NCBI GenBank assembly: GCA_934351925.1
Contig: CAKRJT010000002.1
Coordinates: 45,039-109,038, forward strand
Source of the DNA: an uncultured Lachnospiraceae bacterium
Lineage (GTDB): Bacteria > Bacillota > Clostridia > Lachnospirales > Lachnospiraceae
Direction: 5' to 3'
DNA: 64,000 nucleotides
The translations under genes were made by a program, and so were the position numbers. Shown in pieces: positions 52,788-61,582 of the stretch. The stretch's first letter is position 1. Each line of letters opens with the position of its first letter. The notes beneath the pieces are model-generated. The model worked only from the letters and a program-made list of their open reading frames with translations, did not search any database and was not told where the DNA came from.

Positions 52788-53475
52788 CAATATATTTAAA
52801 GGAATTTTCGACTCAGATCTGACTAATGTAATATCCATCACAGACTTTTTCCTGTGCATTGGAACAGCGCTTTTAATCGGCTTGATTTTTGCCGGAATGT
52901 ACATTTACCGTACAAGAAGCTCCAAGAGCTTCGTCGTTACACTCGCACTTCTTCCTGCCACCGTGTGCATGGTCATAATGATGGTAAACGGAAATGTCGG
53001 CGCAGGTGTAGCGGTAGCCGGAGCCTTCTCGCTCGTCCGCTTCCGTTCCGCTCCGGGCTCTGCCAAGGAAATCGGTGCAATCTTCCTCGCGATGGCTGCC
53101 GGACTCATCACAGGAATGGGCTACCTCGCATATGCGATACTTTTCTCGGTAATTATGGCGGTTATCTTCATAATCTACACCGAGATTGAGAGAAAGAGCA
53201 AGGACAGAGGCTCCCTCTACAAGACACTTCACATCACTATCCCTGAGGATCTCGACTATGACGAGGTTTTCGAGGAGATATTCAAGGACTATACATCGGA
53301 ATTTGAACTTGTTCAGGTCAAGACAACCAACATGGGAAGCATGTTCAGGCTTACCTACAACATCACCCTTCTTGGAAACACGTCGGTAAAAGAGATGATA
53401 AACAAGCTTCGCTGCAGAAACGGCAATCTCGAGATCACGGTATCCAAGCAGGATAACCAGGCTATAATGTTATAG
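52780..53475 (+). CDS. DUF4956-family membrane protein
   Basis: It has four hydrophobic helices, the characteristic FSLVRFRSA motif and a soluble C-terminal domain. It overlaps the VTC stop by 8 nt. Confidence 0.72.
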   Translation: MLNNIFKGIFDSDLTNVISITDFFLCIGTALLIGLIFAGMYIYRTRSSKSFVVTLALLPATVCMVIMMVNGNVGAGVAVAGAFSLVRFRSAPGSAKEIGAIFLAMAAGLITGMGYLAYAILFSVIMAVIFIIYTEIERKSKDRGSLYKTLHITIPEDLDYDEVFEEIFKDYTSEFELVQVKTTNMGSMFRLTYNITLLGNTSVKEMINKLRCRNGNLEITVSKQDNQAIML

Positions 53476-53490
53476 GAAGGAGTTTTCACT

Positions 53491-55536
53491 ATGGTTAAAT
53501 ACAGCAAAATTTTATCTATTGCCCTGATATCAGCCATGCTGGTCACAGGGTGCAGTGCCAACAATTCAAGCACAGCCACGGACAGCAGCTCCACTGAGCT
53601 TTCCACAACAGTAAGCTCAGGCAGCTCAATGACAAATTCAGGCAGCACTGACAATTCAGACGGAGCAATAACTTCGACTACGATATCCTCCGTCGCCTCC
53701 GTCGACACATCGGATATGTTCACCAACCGCGACAGGGAAATCGGCTACGACGAGAGCACAAGTGTAAAGCTCGTCCTCGGCGGAGACACCATAAGCAGCA
53801 GCTCCGAGTCCGTCACTATTTCGGGCTCCACGGCAGCCATAACGGAGGAAGGAACCTACATTATATCCGGCACATTAAATGACGGCATGATTATAATTAA
53901 TGCCGATGACAGCGCGAAGATCCAGCTCGTGCTCGACAACGCCAACATAAACAGCAGCACCTCGGCAGCCATCTATGTCTGCAATGCCGATAAAGTATTC
54001 ATCACGCTTGCCGCCGGCTCCGAGAACACACTGTCAAACGGCGGTGAGTACATCACAACAGACGATAACAATATCGACGCCGTCATTTTCTCCAAGGACG
54101 ATCTGACGCTCAACGGAAGCGGCAGCCTCACAATAAACGCTGCGGCAGGCCACGGAATTGTCTCAAAGGACGACCTTGTTATCACAAGCGGCACCTACAA
54201 TATCACAGCCGCAAGCCATGGTCTCTCAGCCAAGGACAGCGTGCGGATAGCGGACGGCAGCTTCACAATCGTATCCGGCAAGGATGGAATACATGCAGAA
54301 AATACTAATGATGACACAAAGGGATTTGTCTACATCGCAGACGGAACCTTTGATATAACTGCAGCAGGCGACGGCATTGATGCCGGTTACTACCTGCTTA
54401 TCGAAAACGGCGGCTTTGACATCACAACCGAGGGCGCTGACAGCGGCACCAGCACCAAGGGACTCAAGGCTGACGGCGACCTTACCGTAAATAACGGAAC
54501 CTTCGTAATCAATACCACCGATGACGCACTCCACAGCAACTCCAATGTGACCGTAAACGGCGGCAGCTTCTCAATAGACACGGGCGATGACGGCATACAT
54601 GCAGACAATGCTCTTGTGATAAACAGTGGCTATATCGATATAGCTGACTGCTACGAGGGTCTTGAGGGTCTCACCGTCACGGTAAACGACGGCACAATAA
54701 GCATCAACGCCTCCGACGACGGTATAAACGCCGCAGGCGGAACAGACTCAAGCGGCTTTGGCGGCTTCGGTCCCGATGCCTTCGCAGCCAACTCTGATGC
54801 GAATATCTATATCAACGGCGGAACAATCTACATTGATGCGGACGGCGACGGAATAGACTCCAACGGAAATCTCTATGTATCCGGCGGCGGGATATATGTA
54901 TCCGGTCCTGAGTCAAGTGCTGACGGAGCCCTCGACTACGACGGCGAAAGCTCCATCACAGGCGGAACCCTGATTGCCACAGGCGCATCCGGAATGGCTG
55001 AGAACTTCGGCTCCTCCTCAACCCAGGGAAGTATTCTTGTGACCTTCACGACACAGGCTGCCGGAACGACAATAAGCCTCCTCGACGAGTCGGGAAACGA
55101 GCTTCTCTCCCGGCAGTCTGACAAGACCTACAGCAGCGTTGTCATAAGCTCACCTGACATCGTAACCGGAAACACATACACCATCAAGGCAGGCACCTAC
55201 GAGACCACAGTGACCATGGACAGCACCATCTACGGAAGCGGCATGGGAATGGGCGGCGGCTTCCCGGGCGGAAATGGCGGCGGAATGGGTGGTCAGAGAC
55301 CCGACGGCGACAGCAACAGTGGTTTCCCGGGTGGTCAGAGACCTGATGGCGACAGCAACGGCATGGGCGGTCAGAGACCTGACGACAGCAACGGGGGCTT
55401 CCCAGGCGGAAATGGTGACATGACCCCGCCTGACGGAAGTTCTGACATGACTCCTCCTAGCGGTGACGGCAGCATGACTCCCCCTAGTGGCGGTGGAAAT
55501 AGCGGAAACGGAAATGCGGGTGGTCAGGAGACTTAA
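53491..55536 (+). CDS. Large lipoprotein with parallel beta-helix-like repeats (carbohydrate-binding-domain/DUF4353-like) and a Gly-rich repeat tail
   Basis: The lipobox is LVTGC. Repeated ..DDGIHA../..GDGID.. motifs are present, and the C-terminus has GGQRPDGDSN repeats and MTPP repeats. Confidence 0.7.
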   Translation: MVKYSKILSIALISAMLVTGCSANNSSTATDSSSTELSTTVSSGSSMTNSGSTDNSDGAITSTTISSVASVDTSDMFTNRDREIGYDESTSVKLVLGGDTISSSSESVTISGSTAAITEEGTYIISGTLNDGMIIINADDSAKIQLVLDNANINSSTSAAIYVCNADKVFITLAAGSENTLSNGGEYITTDDNNIDAVIFSKDDLTLNGSGSLTINAAAGHGIVSKDDLVITSGTYNITAASHGLSAKDSVRIADGSFTIVSGKDGIHAENTNDDTKGFVYIADGTFDITAAGDGIDAGYYLLIENGGFDITTEGADSGTSTKGLKADGDLTVNNGTFVINTTDDALHSNSNVTVNGGSFSIDTGDDGIHADNALVINSGYIDIADCYEGLEGLTVTVNDGTISINASDDGINAAGGTDSSGFGGFGPDAFAANSDANIYINGGTIYIDADGDGIDSNGNLYVSGGGIYVSGPESSADGALDYDGESSITGGTLIATGASGMAENFGSSSTQGSILVTFTTQAAGTTISLLDESGNELLSRQSDKTYSSVVISSPDIVTGNTYTIKAGTYETTVTMDSTIYGSGMGMGGGFPGGNGGGMGGQRPDGDSNSGFPGGQRPDGDSNGMGGQRPDDSNGGFPGGNGDMTPPDGSSDMTPPSGDGSMTPPSGGGNSGNGNAGGQET

Positions 55537-55574
55537 AGAGCGATTATATAGAAATATGTTTTATGGGATAAAGG

Positions 55575-55615
55575 AAAAAGGGAGACGATTTAATATTGTC
55601 TCCCTTCTTCCTTTA
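55575..55615 (+). terminator. Rho-independent terminator after the lipoprotein gene
   Basis: GGGAGAC (55580-55586) ... GTCTCCC (55598-55604) is followed by TTCTTCCTTT. Confidence 0.7.
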
Positions 55616-55774
55616 AATTTTCACAATGGCGTTGTTAAAAAATGAATTACCGCCTGATAATATGTATTAAACCTTTAAGCGGTAATCATTAAGCAAAGCC
55701 TAATGTTAGCGGACAGTGTCACATTGCATTTTGCAGTTTCACGGCAGTCACATACTCCCAAAAAGGTATTAAAC

Positions 55775-56308
55775 TCAAGTTATCGACCGTTTTAGCTCCC
55801 CGATGCGGTCCAGAACCAGCATGATATTGCTGGAATTTGCGCGGAAATTATTTGCTGAGAGCTGTTTTTGACTGACCTTTAATATCATCTTTCTTTCCTT
55901 GAATTTTGCCGCTGTTTTCTTCTTCCGGTCATCAACCACCTTATCTCCTAAATACACCTGTTCAACATCTTTGCAGAACCAGACAAATTCATATTCTTTT
56001 TCATCACAATATCTTTTTGCCTCCTTCAAGAAATCGGCATCACCCTGATTGATGTCATAATCATCACAATCAAAACAGAATATTACCTTTGACTGATTAC
56101 TTTTCGAGGCCGCCCTGTATTGTGAAATCAGATTGTTGATTTCCTTCTCTTTTTTATTGTACTTCCACTTTCCTTCCATATATACCACACTGAACTTAAC
56201 CTGCGTGCGTTCATACGAATAAAAATGCTCTATCGTATCCTTTATATATATCCAGTCTGAGTTGCATTTTCTGGTCGTCTCAACGACAAAAATTATCTGA
56301 AGTCCCAT
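55775..56308 (-). CDS. 177-aa TOPRIM/RloB-like small protein, partner of the upstream ATPase
   Basis: Its ATG overlaps the ATPase stop (TAATG). The acidic pattern is E10 (IIFVVETT), D80-C-D82-D83 (VIFCFDCDDYD), then FVWFCKDVEQVYLG. It resembles RloB/DUF4435/DUF4276-type nuclease cores. This is inference only. Confidence 0.55.
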   Translation of the reverse strand: MGLQIIFVVETTRKCNSDWIYIKDTIEHFYSYERTQVKFSVVYMEGKWKYNKKEKEINNLISQYRAASKSNQSKVIFCFDCDDYDINQGDADFLKEAKRYCDEKEYEFVWFCKDVEQVYLGDKVVDDRKKKTAAKFKERKMILKVSQKQLSANNFRANSSNIMLVLDRIGELKRSIT

Positions 56309-57684
56309 TATTCGTCCTCCGCACCAGCCCCGAATATGCTGATAAAATCTGTTGCGTCGACGTTAAACGGCGACCCCTCTATCATTCCGTTTCTGTAGAG
56401 CTTGGAAGGAGAGTAGTTGCCGTTGGTCGTCCACGGGTAAATTTTATGATTTTCAGACAGAAAATCGATGGACTTCTTATGCTGCTTTAAAACGTCCATA
56501 GGTCCCACATTGTGCGTTGTAAAGCAGAGCTGCCCCTGTCCGTACTCCATCAGATACTCAAGCAGGGCGCACAAATATACATCATGGAGATTTGAGTCTA
56601 ACTCATCGATGAAAACTATCCCGCCACGCACCATTTCATTTATATATGCGAATAATTTTATGAGCTTTTTTATACCCGTGCTCTCATATTCCGTGTGTAT
56701 TTTATATCCATCATACACCATGACCAAATCGCAGACCCAAAAGTCTTTATTCTCTTTTTTGTCAATTTCAATTCCCCTCAGGTCCGATTTGAAAATGTGT
56801 AAAAATTCGTATAGCTTAGAAATTGTCTCCTCATATTGCCCATATAAACCCTTAAATACACGGTTTCCCCTTATTGTCAACACATTCAGGTAATCATTGT
56901 CCATATCCCGTAAATTGTTTATCAATGAGTCAAATTGGTCATCGTAATTTTCAGTATCAAGATATGATTTCAAGGAATTGAAGGTAATGTACGGCTTATG
57001 ATCATCGGACTGGTCAAGATAGACATGCAGCCTTCTGCCAAACGCAAAAAGACCAAATATGCCTATCCACAAAACACTTTTTGTTTTTGGAGGTATATTT
57101 GATTTTGTGTCCAGAAACTTTTTATTGAAAATGGAACTGACCGAGGCTGTAGACAACAGGTTCATGGTCTTATTTAATAATTCCACATAAAACTCGTCCT
57201 GCCCGTCATCTGTGTAGGCCGACACAAGCTCTCCGTCAGCCACATCAAAAAGAACCGCCATTGACTCACTTTTTGATAATGCTCTTCTAAACGATAACTG
57301 CTCCCTGGAGATAACATATCTGCCGGTATTATCCTTTGACAGTGTCACCATATATTTAAAAAGCACCGGGTCGTTCGCGCCTTTTATCATATAATCTGCC
57401 TGTATATACAGCTCTCCAAGCTTCTTATTAATGATTGCCTCAAGATTTTTCTGGACAATCGGATTATTCAAATATGCAGCATCGACAATAATATTCCGCA
57501 AAATATCCACAGACGATATGATTGCCGATTTGCCCGAACCGTTCATTCCGTAAATTCCCTTAATATTATAGTCCTGCGTGTCAGGATTTCTTGTGATGGT
57601 TTTCTTGTAAAATGACAACGATACAAGCTCATCAAGCGTTTTTATCCCCTTAACGGAATAATTCACAAGATATATATTTTTCAT
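56308..57684 (-). CDS. ABC-type (AAA_21/OLD-N-terminal-like) ATPase, 458 aa
   Basis: It has Walker A GMNGSGKS, the signature-like ESTGIKKLIKLF, Walker B GGIVFIDELDSNLH and the H-loop CFTTHN. The start MKNIYL at 57684 lies behind GGAGGG. Confidence 0.85.
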   Translation of the reverse strand: MKNIYLVNYSVKGIKTLDELVSLSFYKKTITRNPDTQDYNIKGIYGMNGSGKSAIISSVDILRNIIVDAAYLNNPIVQKNLEAIINKKLGELYIQADYMIKGANDPVLFKYMVTLSKDNTGRYVISREQLSFRRALSKSESMAVLFDVADGELVSAYTDDGQDEFYVELLNKTMNLLSTASVSSIFNKKFLDTKSNIPPKTKSVLWIGIFGLFAFGRRLHVYLDQSDDHKPYITFNSLKSYLDTENYDDQFDSLINNLRDMDNDYLNVLTIRGNRVFKGLYGQYEETISKLYEFLHIFKSDLRGIEIDKKENKDFWVCDLVMVYDGYKIHTEYESTGIKKLIKLFAYINEMVRGGIVFIDELDSNLHDVYLCALLEYLMEYGQGQLCFTTHNVGPMDVLKQHKKSIDFLSENHKIYPWTTNGNYSPSKLYRNGMIEGSPFNVDATDFISIFGAGAEDE

Positions 57685-57727
57685 CTTCACCAACCCTCCG
57701 TTTATATCCCCAATATAGCACAAGCCC

Positions 57728-57762
57728 GGATAAAAATAAATACAAAATGTATATTTTTATCC
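57728..57762. repeat. 11-bp perfect inverted repeat just upstream of the ATPase gene
   Basis: GGATAAAAATA (57728-57738) and TATTTTTATCC (57752-57762) are separated by a 13-nt spacer. Confidence 0.5.
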
Positions 57763-57820
57763 AAGCTTGTATTTTTACTGTTTATTATTTCCATAAATTA
57801 AATTTTTATGATGTTGAGGT

Positions 57821-57868
57821 CAAATAGGAAAAAATTTGCTATGTATAACGGAATATGTTTATGCATAT
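57821..57868. repeat. Partial, decayed copy of the 18875-18967 palindromic element
   Basis: It shares the blocks CAAATAGG, TTTGCTATGTATAA, TATG and TTTATGCATA in the same order. It lies at the junction between the AT-rich islet and the LacI pseudogene. Confidence 0.45.
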
Positions 57869-57879
57869 CGCGACTTTTG

Positions 57880-58478
57880 TGAGAAGTTTAGATGTTCTTA
57901 GAACTCTGCCATGTGACCGGCCAGCCCATCGCGGTGCGTGGAAAGCCCGGCTCCCTGTCAACGAACTCCGGCTCCCCGTCCTTTCCCGCAATGTATTTTT
58001 CGGGGGTCTATGCTCCCGTGCTCCCTCTCCCTGTCCTCGATTATCCAGTCCTGCCTGACCTCGCAGCCGTGCTCCATCATCGCGCGCAGATACCCCATAT
58101 ATCTGTCCGTGATTGAACCTGTCGCAAGCACTGTTCCAATATAACCTATCTTCGTGTGTCCCATCTCAAAAAGATAGTTTGTCAGTCTGTACGCTCCGTA
58201 GTAGCTGTCAGATATGACCGCATCAGCTTCCTTCTTATTGTCGCAGAAGTCAAGGTATATCATCGGCAGGCTGCTGTTTTCACCCAGAAACTCGAGGTAG
58301 CCCCAGCTAAGCCGCCCCATGACAATTATTCCATCCACCCTGTTGTCAGTAACAAGCCTCGGAAGCTCATGTTTTTTCTCAGCCTCTATGCTGACAGGCT
58401 CCATGACCGCAAAACACTCCCGCGCGATGGCACGCCCATCCTTGCACCTATGTCCGCAAGACGCACTGTTTTTTTCAC
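57880..58478 (-). pseudogene. Decayed LacI-family regulator
   Basis: A GTG at 58478 overlaps the GH36 stop (GTGA) and encodes only VKKTVRLADIGARMGVP..., the first HTH helix, before the frame breaks. ORF 57958..58404 carries the mid sugar-binding domain (VDGIIVMG...GHTKIGYIG...DRYMGY). The C-terminal third is missing or frameshifted. Confidence 0.7.
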
Positions 58479-60742
58479 CTGAGTACCTCCTTCAAATGCA
58501 CCAGCGTGCTCTTAAAGTCCCCCCACATATTAGGAATTTTAAGCCCCGCGCTCATAAGCGTGTCACCGTGAAGCACCGTAGCCTGATTTTCACCATTATT
58601 GTCTCCGTTACCGCCATCAGTGCCAGCCCCTTCATACAGTATCTCATATTCCTTATCAGGTGCGAGTCCATCAAGCTTGATTATTCTGCTCTTGAAATTC
58701 GGTCTGTTAAGCACCTGAACGTAGGTCAGAAGCGCCTCCGATTTGTCCTTTGCCACCACCATGCAGCAGTCGTAGAGATTATTTTCCTGATACGAGGCAA
58801 TTCTGTAGTAGTCGCCGTTTCTTACAAGGTCGTTATACCTGTGGTAGGCTGCAATCTGCCCCGGAATGGCGGCTCTGTCCTCCTGCGGTATCCTTGTGAT
58901 GTCAAGTTCGTAGCCGAAGGTTCCGCAAAGAGCCACATCTCCCCTTGTCTTGAACGGTGTCACCCTGCCGACAGTGTGGTTCGGACAGTCGGACACATGC
59001 GCGCCCATCGCGGAGAGCGGATACATGAGGGCTGTTCCCTCCTGTATAGCGAGCCTCTCGATGGCATCCGTGTCGTCCGAGCACCATATCTGCGGGCTGT
59101 AATACAACATTCCCGCGTCAAATCTCGCTCCGCCGCCTGAGCAGTTCTCAAGCAGAAGATCCGGAAATTCCTTCGTGAGCCTTTCCTGAAGCTCATACAC
59201 CGCGAGCATGTATCTGTGCTCAAGCTCCCCCTGCCTGTCGTCAGGAAGGTAATTGCTGTGAAGGTCGGTGTGCTCACGGTTCATGTCCCATTTCACATAC
59301 TCGATATTAGCACTGCGGAGTATTCCGGCAACCGCCTCATAGCAGTAGTCCACAACCTCCGGTCTGGATAAATCGAGCACATACTGATTTCTCGAGCGGC
59401 ACGCCTCGCGCCCCGGAATGGCGATAGCCCAGTCAGGGTGCTCCTCGTAAAGCTTCGACTCAGGGGAAATCATCTCGGGCTCGAACCATATTCCGAACTT
59501 CAGACCGATTTTGTTCACCTCGTCGACAAGGTATTTGAGACCGCCTTGCAGCTTTTCCTCGTTCACGAACCAGTCGCCAAGACTCGTGCTGTCATCATTT
59601 CTGTGACCAAACCACCCGTCGTCCATGACAAGCATCTCTATTCCGCTCTTTTTTGCCTCGCGAGCAATGGCAAGAAGCTTTTCCGTATCAAAATTAAAAT
59701 ATGTAGCCTCCCAGTTATTTATGAGTACCGGGCGCTTTTTGTCCTTATACGGGCTTCTTATAAGGTGCTCCCTGTAAAGGTCATGCAGATTTCTCGTCAT
59801 CGCACCAAGTCCCGAGGCTGAATACGTCATAACCACCTCCGGTGCGAAAAACTCCTCCCCGGGTTCAAGTTTCCACTCAAAATTCTCCGGGTGGATACCC
59901 ATGAGAACCCTCAGGCTGTCAAACTGATTTTTCTCGACCTGTGCAAGAAAATTTCCCGAATACACGAAATTAAAGCCATAGACATGACCGCTCTTCTGCG
60001 AAGCCCCATTATCAACCAGCGCGATAAACGGGTGCTCCTGATGTGAGGATTTACCCTTGATGGAGCCCACACTCTGCTTGCCATAGCCGATTTTTCTAAA
60101 TTCCATCTTGCGCTCTCTCGCCCATGAGCCGTGAAGTGAGAGCAGCTCGTAGCCATCGTCAGGCAGGTCAAGCGCCGCGGACATAACCTTTGTGATGAAA
60201 ATATTCTTGTCCGAGTTATTTTTTAGCTTAACACTCCTTGTTATCACGTCCTGCTCAGGAAAAACGCTGTAGAAAAGTGTCGCCCCCAGTCCGATGTACG
60301 GGTCAAGCGCGTCGATTTCGAGCGTATACACCTTATTATCATTATCCGCACCGCTATGCTTATCTCCTGCAAATGTCGCCGGGAGTCCTTTTAACCCGGG
60401 CTTGCCCTCATATATCCTGTGCCCCGCATAAACAAGGCTCACCGCACGGCTGTTGTCCTCACAGCGCACCGATATGGCGCCCTCTCTGTAATCACCCACG
60501 TTGTTTCCCGGATACTCCGACAAAAAAGCATCGAAAAACGAGCCCCTCTCCCTGTTATTCTTCGACGGCACGAACGGGTTCTCGTCCGTTCTAAGAAGAT
60601 AATTCACGTCCGCGTCACTTATCCTGTCCCCATAGTATGCGTGACCGATGAAACCCTCGTCATCGACCACCGAAATTACATAGCTGCTGTTTTTCGTATC
60701 AAGCTTAAAGGAGCGCGACTCCTCATCAAAAAAAATACCCAT
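58475..60742 (-). CDS. Alpha-galactosidase (GH36)
   Basis: About 755 aa. It contains ...KRPVLINNWEATYFNF..., GIEMLVMDDGWFG, KFGIWFEPEM and YVKWDMNR, which are typical GH36 blocks. The start is MGIFFDEES. Confidence 0.9.
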   Translation of the reverse strand: MGIFFDEESRSFKLDTKNSSYVISVVDDEGFIGHAYYGDRISDADVNYLLRTDENPFVPSKNNRERGSFFDAFLSEYPGNNVGDYREGAISVRCEDNSRAVSLVYAGHRIYEGKPGLKGLPATFAGDKHSGADNDNKVYTLEIDALDPYIGLGATLFYSVFPEQDVITRSVKLKNNSDKNIFITKVMSAALDLPDDGYELLSLHGSWARERKMEFRKIGYGKQSVGSIKGKSSHQEHPFIALVDNGASQKSGHVYGFNFVYSGNFLAQVEKNQFDSLRVLMGIHPENFEWKLEPGEEFFAPEVVMTYSASGLGAMTRNLHDLYREHLIRSPYKDKKRPVLINNWEATYFNFDTEKLLAIAREAKKSGIEMLVMDDGWFGHRNDDSTSLGDWFVNEEKLQGGLKYLVDEVNKIGLKFGIWFEPEMISPESKLYEEHPDWAIAIPGREACRSRNQYVLDLSRPEVVDYCYEAVAGILRSANIEYVKWDMNREHTDLHSNYLPDDRQGELEHRYMLAVYELQERLTKEFPDLLLENCSGGGARFDAGMLYYSPQIWCSDDTDAIERLAIQEGTALMYPLSAMGAHVSDCPNHTVGRVTPFKTRGDVALCGTFGYELDITRIPQEDRAAIPGQIAAYHRYNDLVRNGDYYRIASYQENNLYDCCMVVAKDKSEALLTYVQVLNRPNFKSRIIKLDGLAPDKEYEILYEGAGTDGGNGDNNGENQATVLHGDTLMSAGLKIPNMWGDFKSTLVHLKEVLR

Positions 60743-60844
60743 AACAACCTCCTCCAAAATAACTGTTGTTATGGGTATTATATTATATTTAAGTTAATGG
60801 GTAAATTAAATTTAGCTTATTTAGCTTAATTACTCGTGGTGGTG

Positions 60845-61153
60845 TTATCCCACAGCTACACTTACATTCTGCGCTGTATACGAATAACTATCTGCATACA
60901 TAGTTTCCGGTGCGATATCAATCTCACCGTTAAGCCATGTCATTACGCCATGAAAAATTGTGAACTCAGATAGAATTTTTTCGTCCTTTAAAGGTTCAAA
61001 TGCGGAACCCGTTAATAATGTTGTATCAAACAATCTCTGCTCTCCCGTAGAGAATGTGAGCAAAAGCATGCCACCTCTTAAAACTGTAGCCGTTTTCACC
61101 TTAATGTCCGGTGTCGCTTCTCCCGCATAGCAAACATCATCAATAATATACAT
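60845..61153 (-). CDS. DUF2442-domain protein
   Basis: 102 aa. The segment ...LLLTFSTGEQRLFD...FHGVMTWLNGEIDIAPETMY is a DUF2442-like pattern. Confidence 0.7.
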   Translation of the reverse strand: MYIIDDVCYAGEATPDIKVKTATVLRGGMLLLTFSTGEQRLFDTTLLTGSAFEPLKDEKILSEFTIFHGVMTWLNGEIDIAPETMYADSYSYTAQNVSVAVG

Positions 61154-61166
61154 CTATAACACCTCC

Positions 61167-61430
61167 TTACATAGGGGCAATTTTATCAAAATGTTCTCCT
61201 CTGACAGCTAAATTCCATGCCTTATATGCTTCCTCTTCATGAAATGCCAACCAGCCGACTACCATTTTAAATTGCTTTTTTGGAAGGGAACCCGCCAATA
61301 ATTCTCCATCTATTCCAACGGCGGCTTCGTAATCACCATAGTACACATGTACATGTGGCTTATTATGTTGTTTCGTATCCATAAATAACATATAAATAAC
61401 CATTCCACCAAATCTGCTAAGTTCCGGCAT
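61167..61430 (-). CDS. DUF4160-domain protein
   Basis: The start MPELSRFGGMVIYMLFMDTKQHNKPHVHVYYGDYEA lies behind AGGAGGG. It shows the characteristic H-x-PH(V/F)H motif. Confidence 0.72.
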   Translation of the reverse strand: MPELSRFGGMVIYMLFMDTKQHNKPHVHVYYGDYEAAVGIDGELLAGSLPKKQFKMVVGWLAFHEEEAYKAWNLAVRGEHFDKIAPM

Positions 61431-61582
61431 TATATCCCTCCTTCTACACATTTCTATATTTATTATATCACACCACCCACCATTTCAAAAGACCAATGAT
61501 TTGAAATTTAGCATATTTCCCTTTTTCATATTTTCCCATGCAACCCGTTTTCTTTTCCGTCCTACATTGTCCCTTCCCACAA

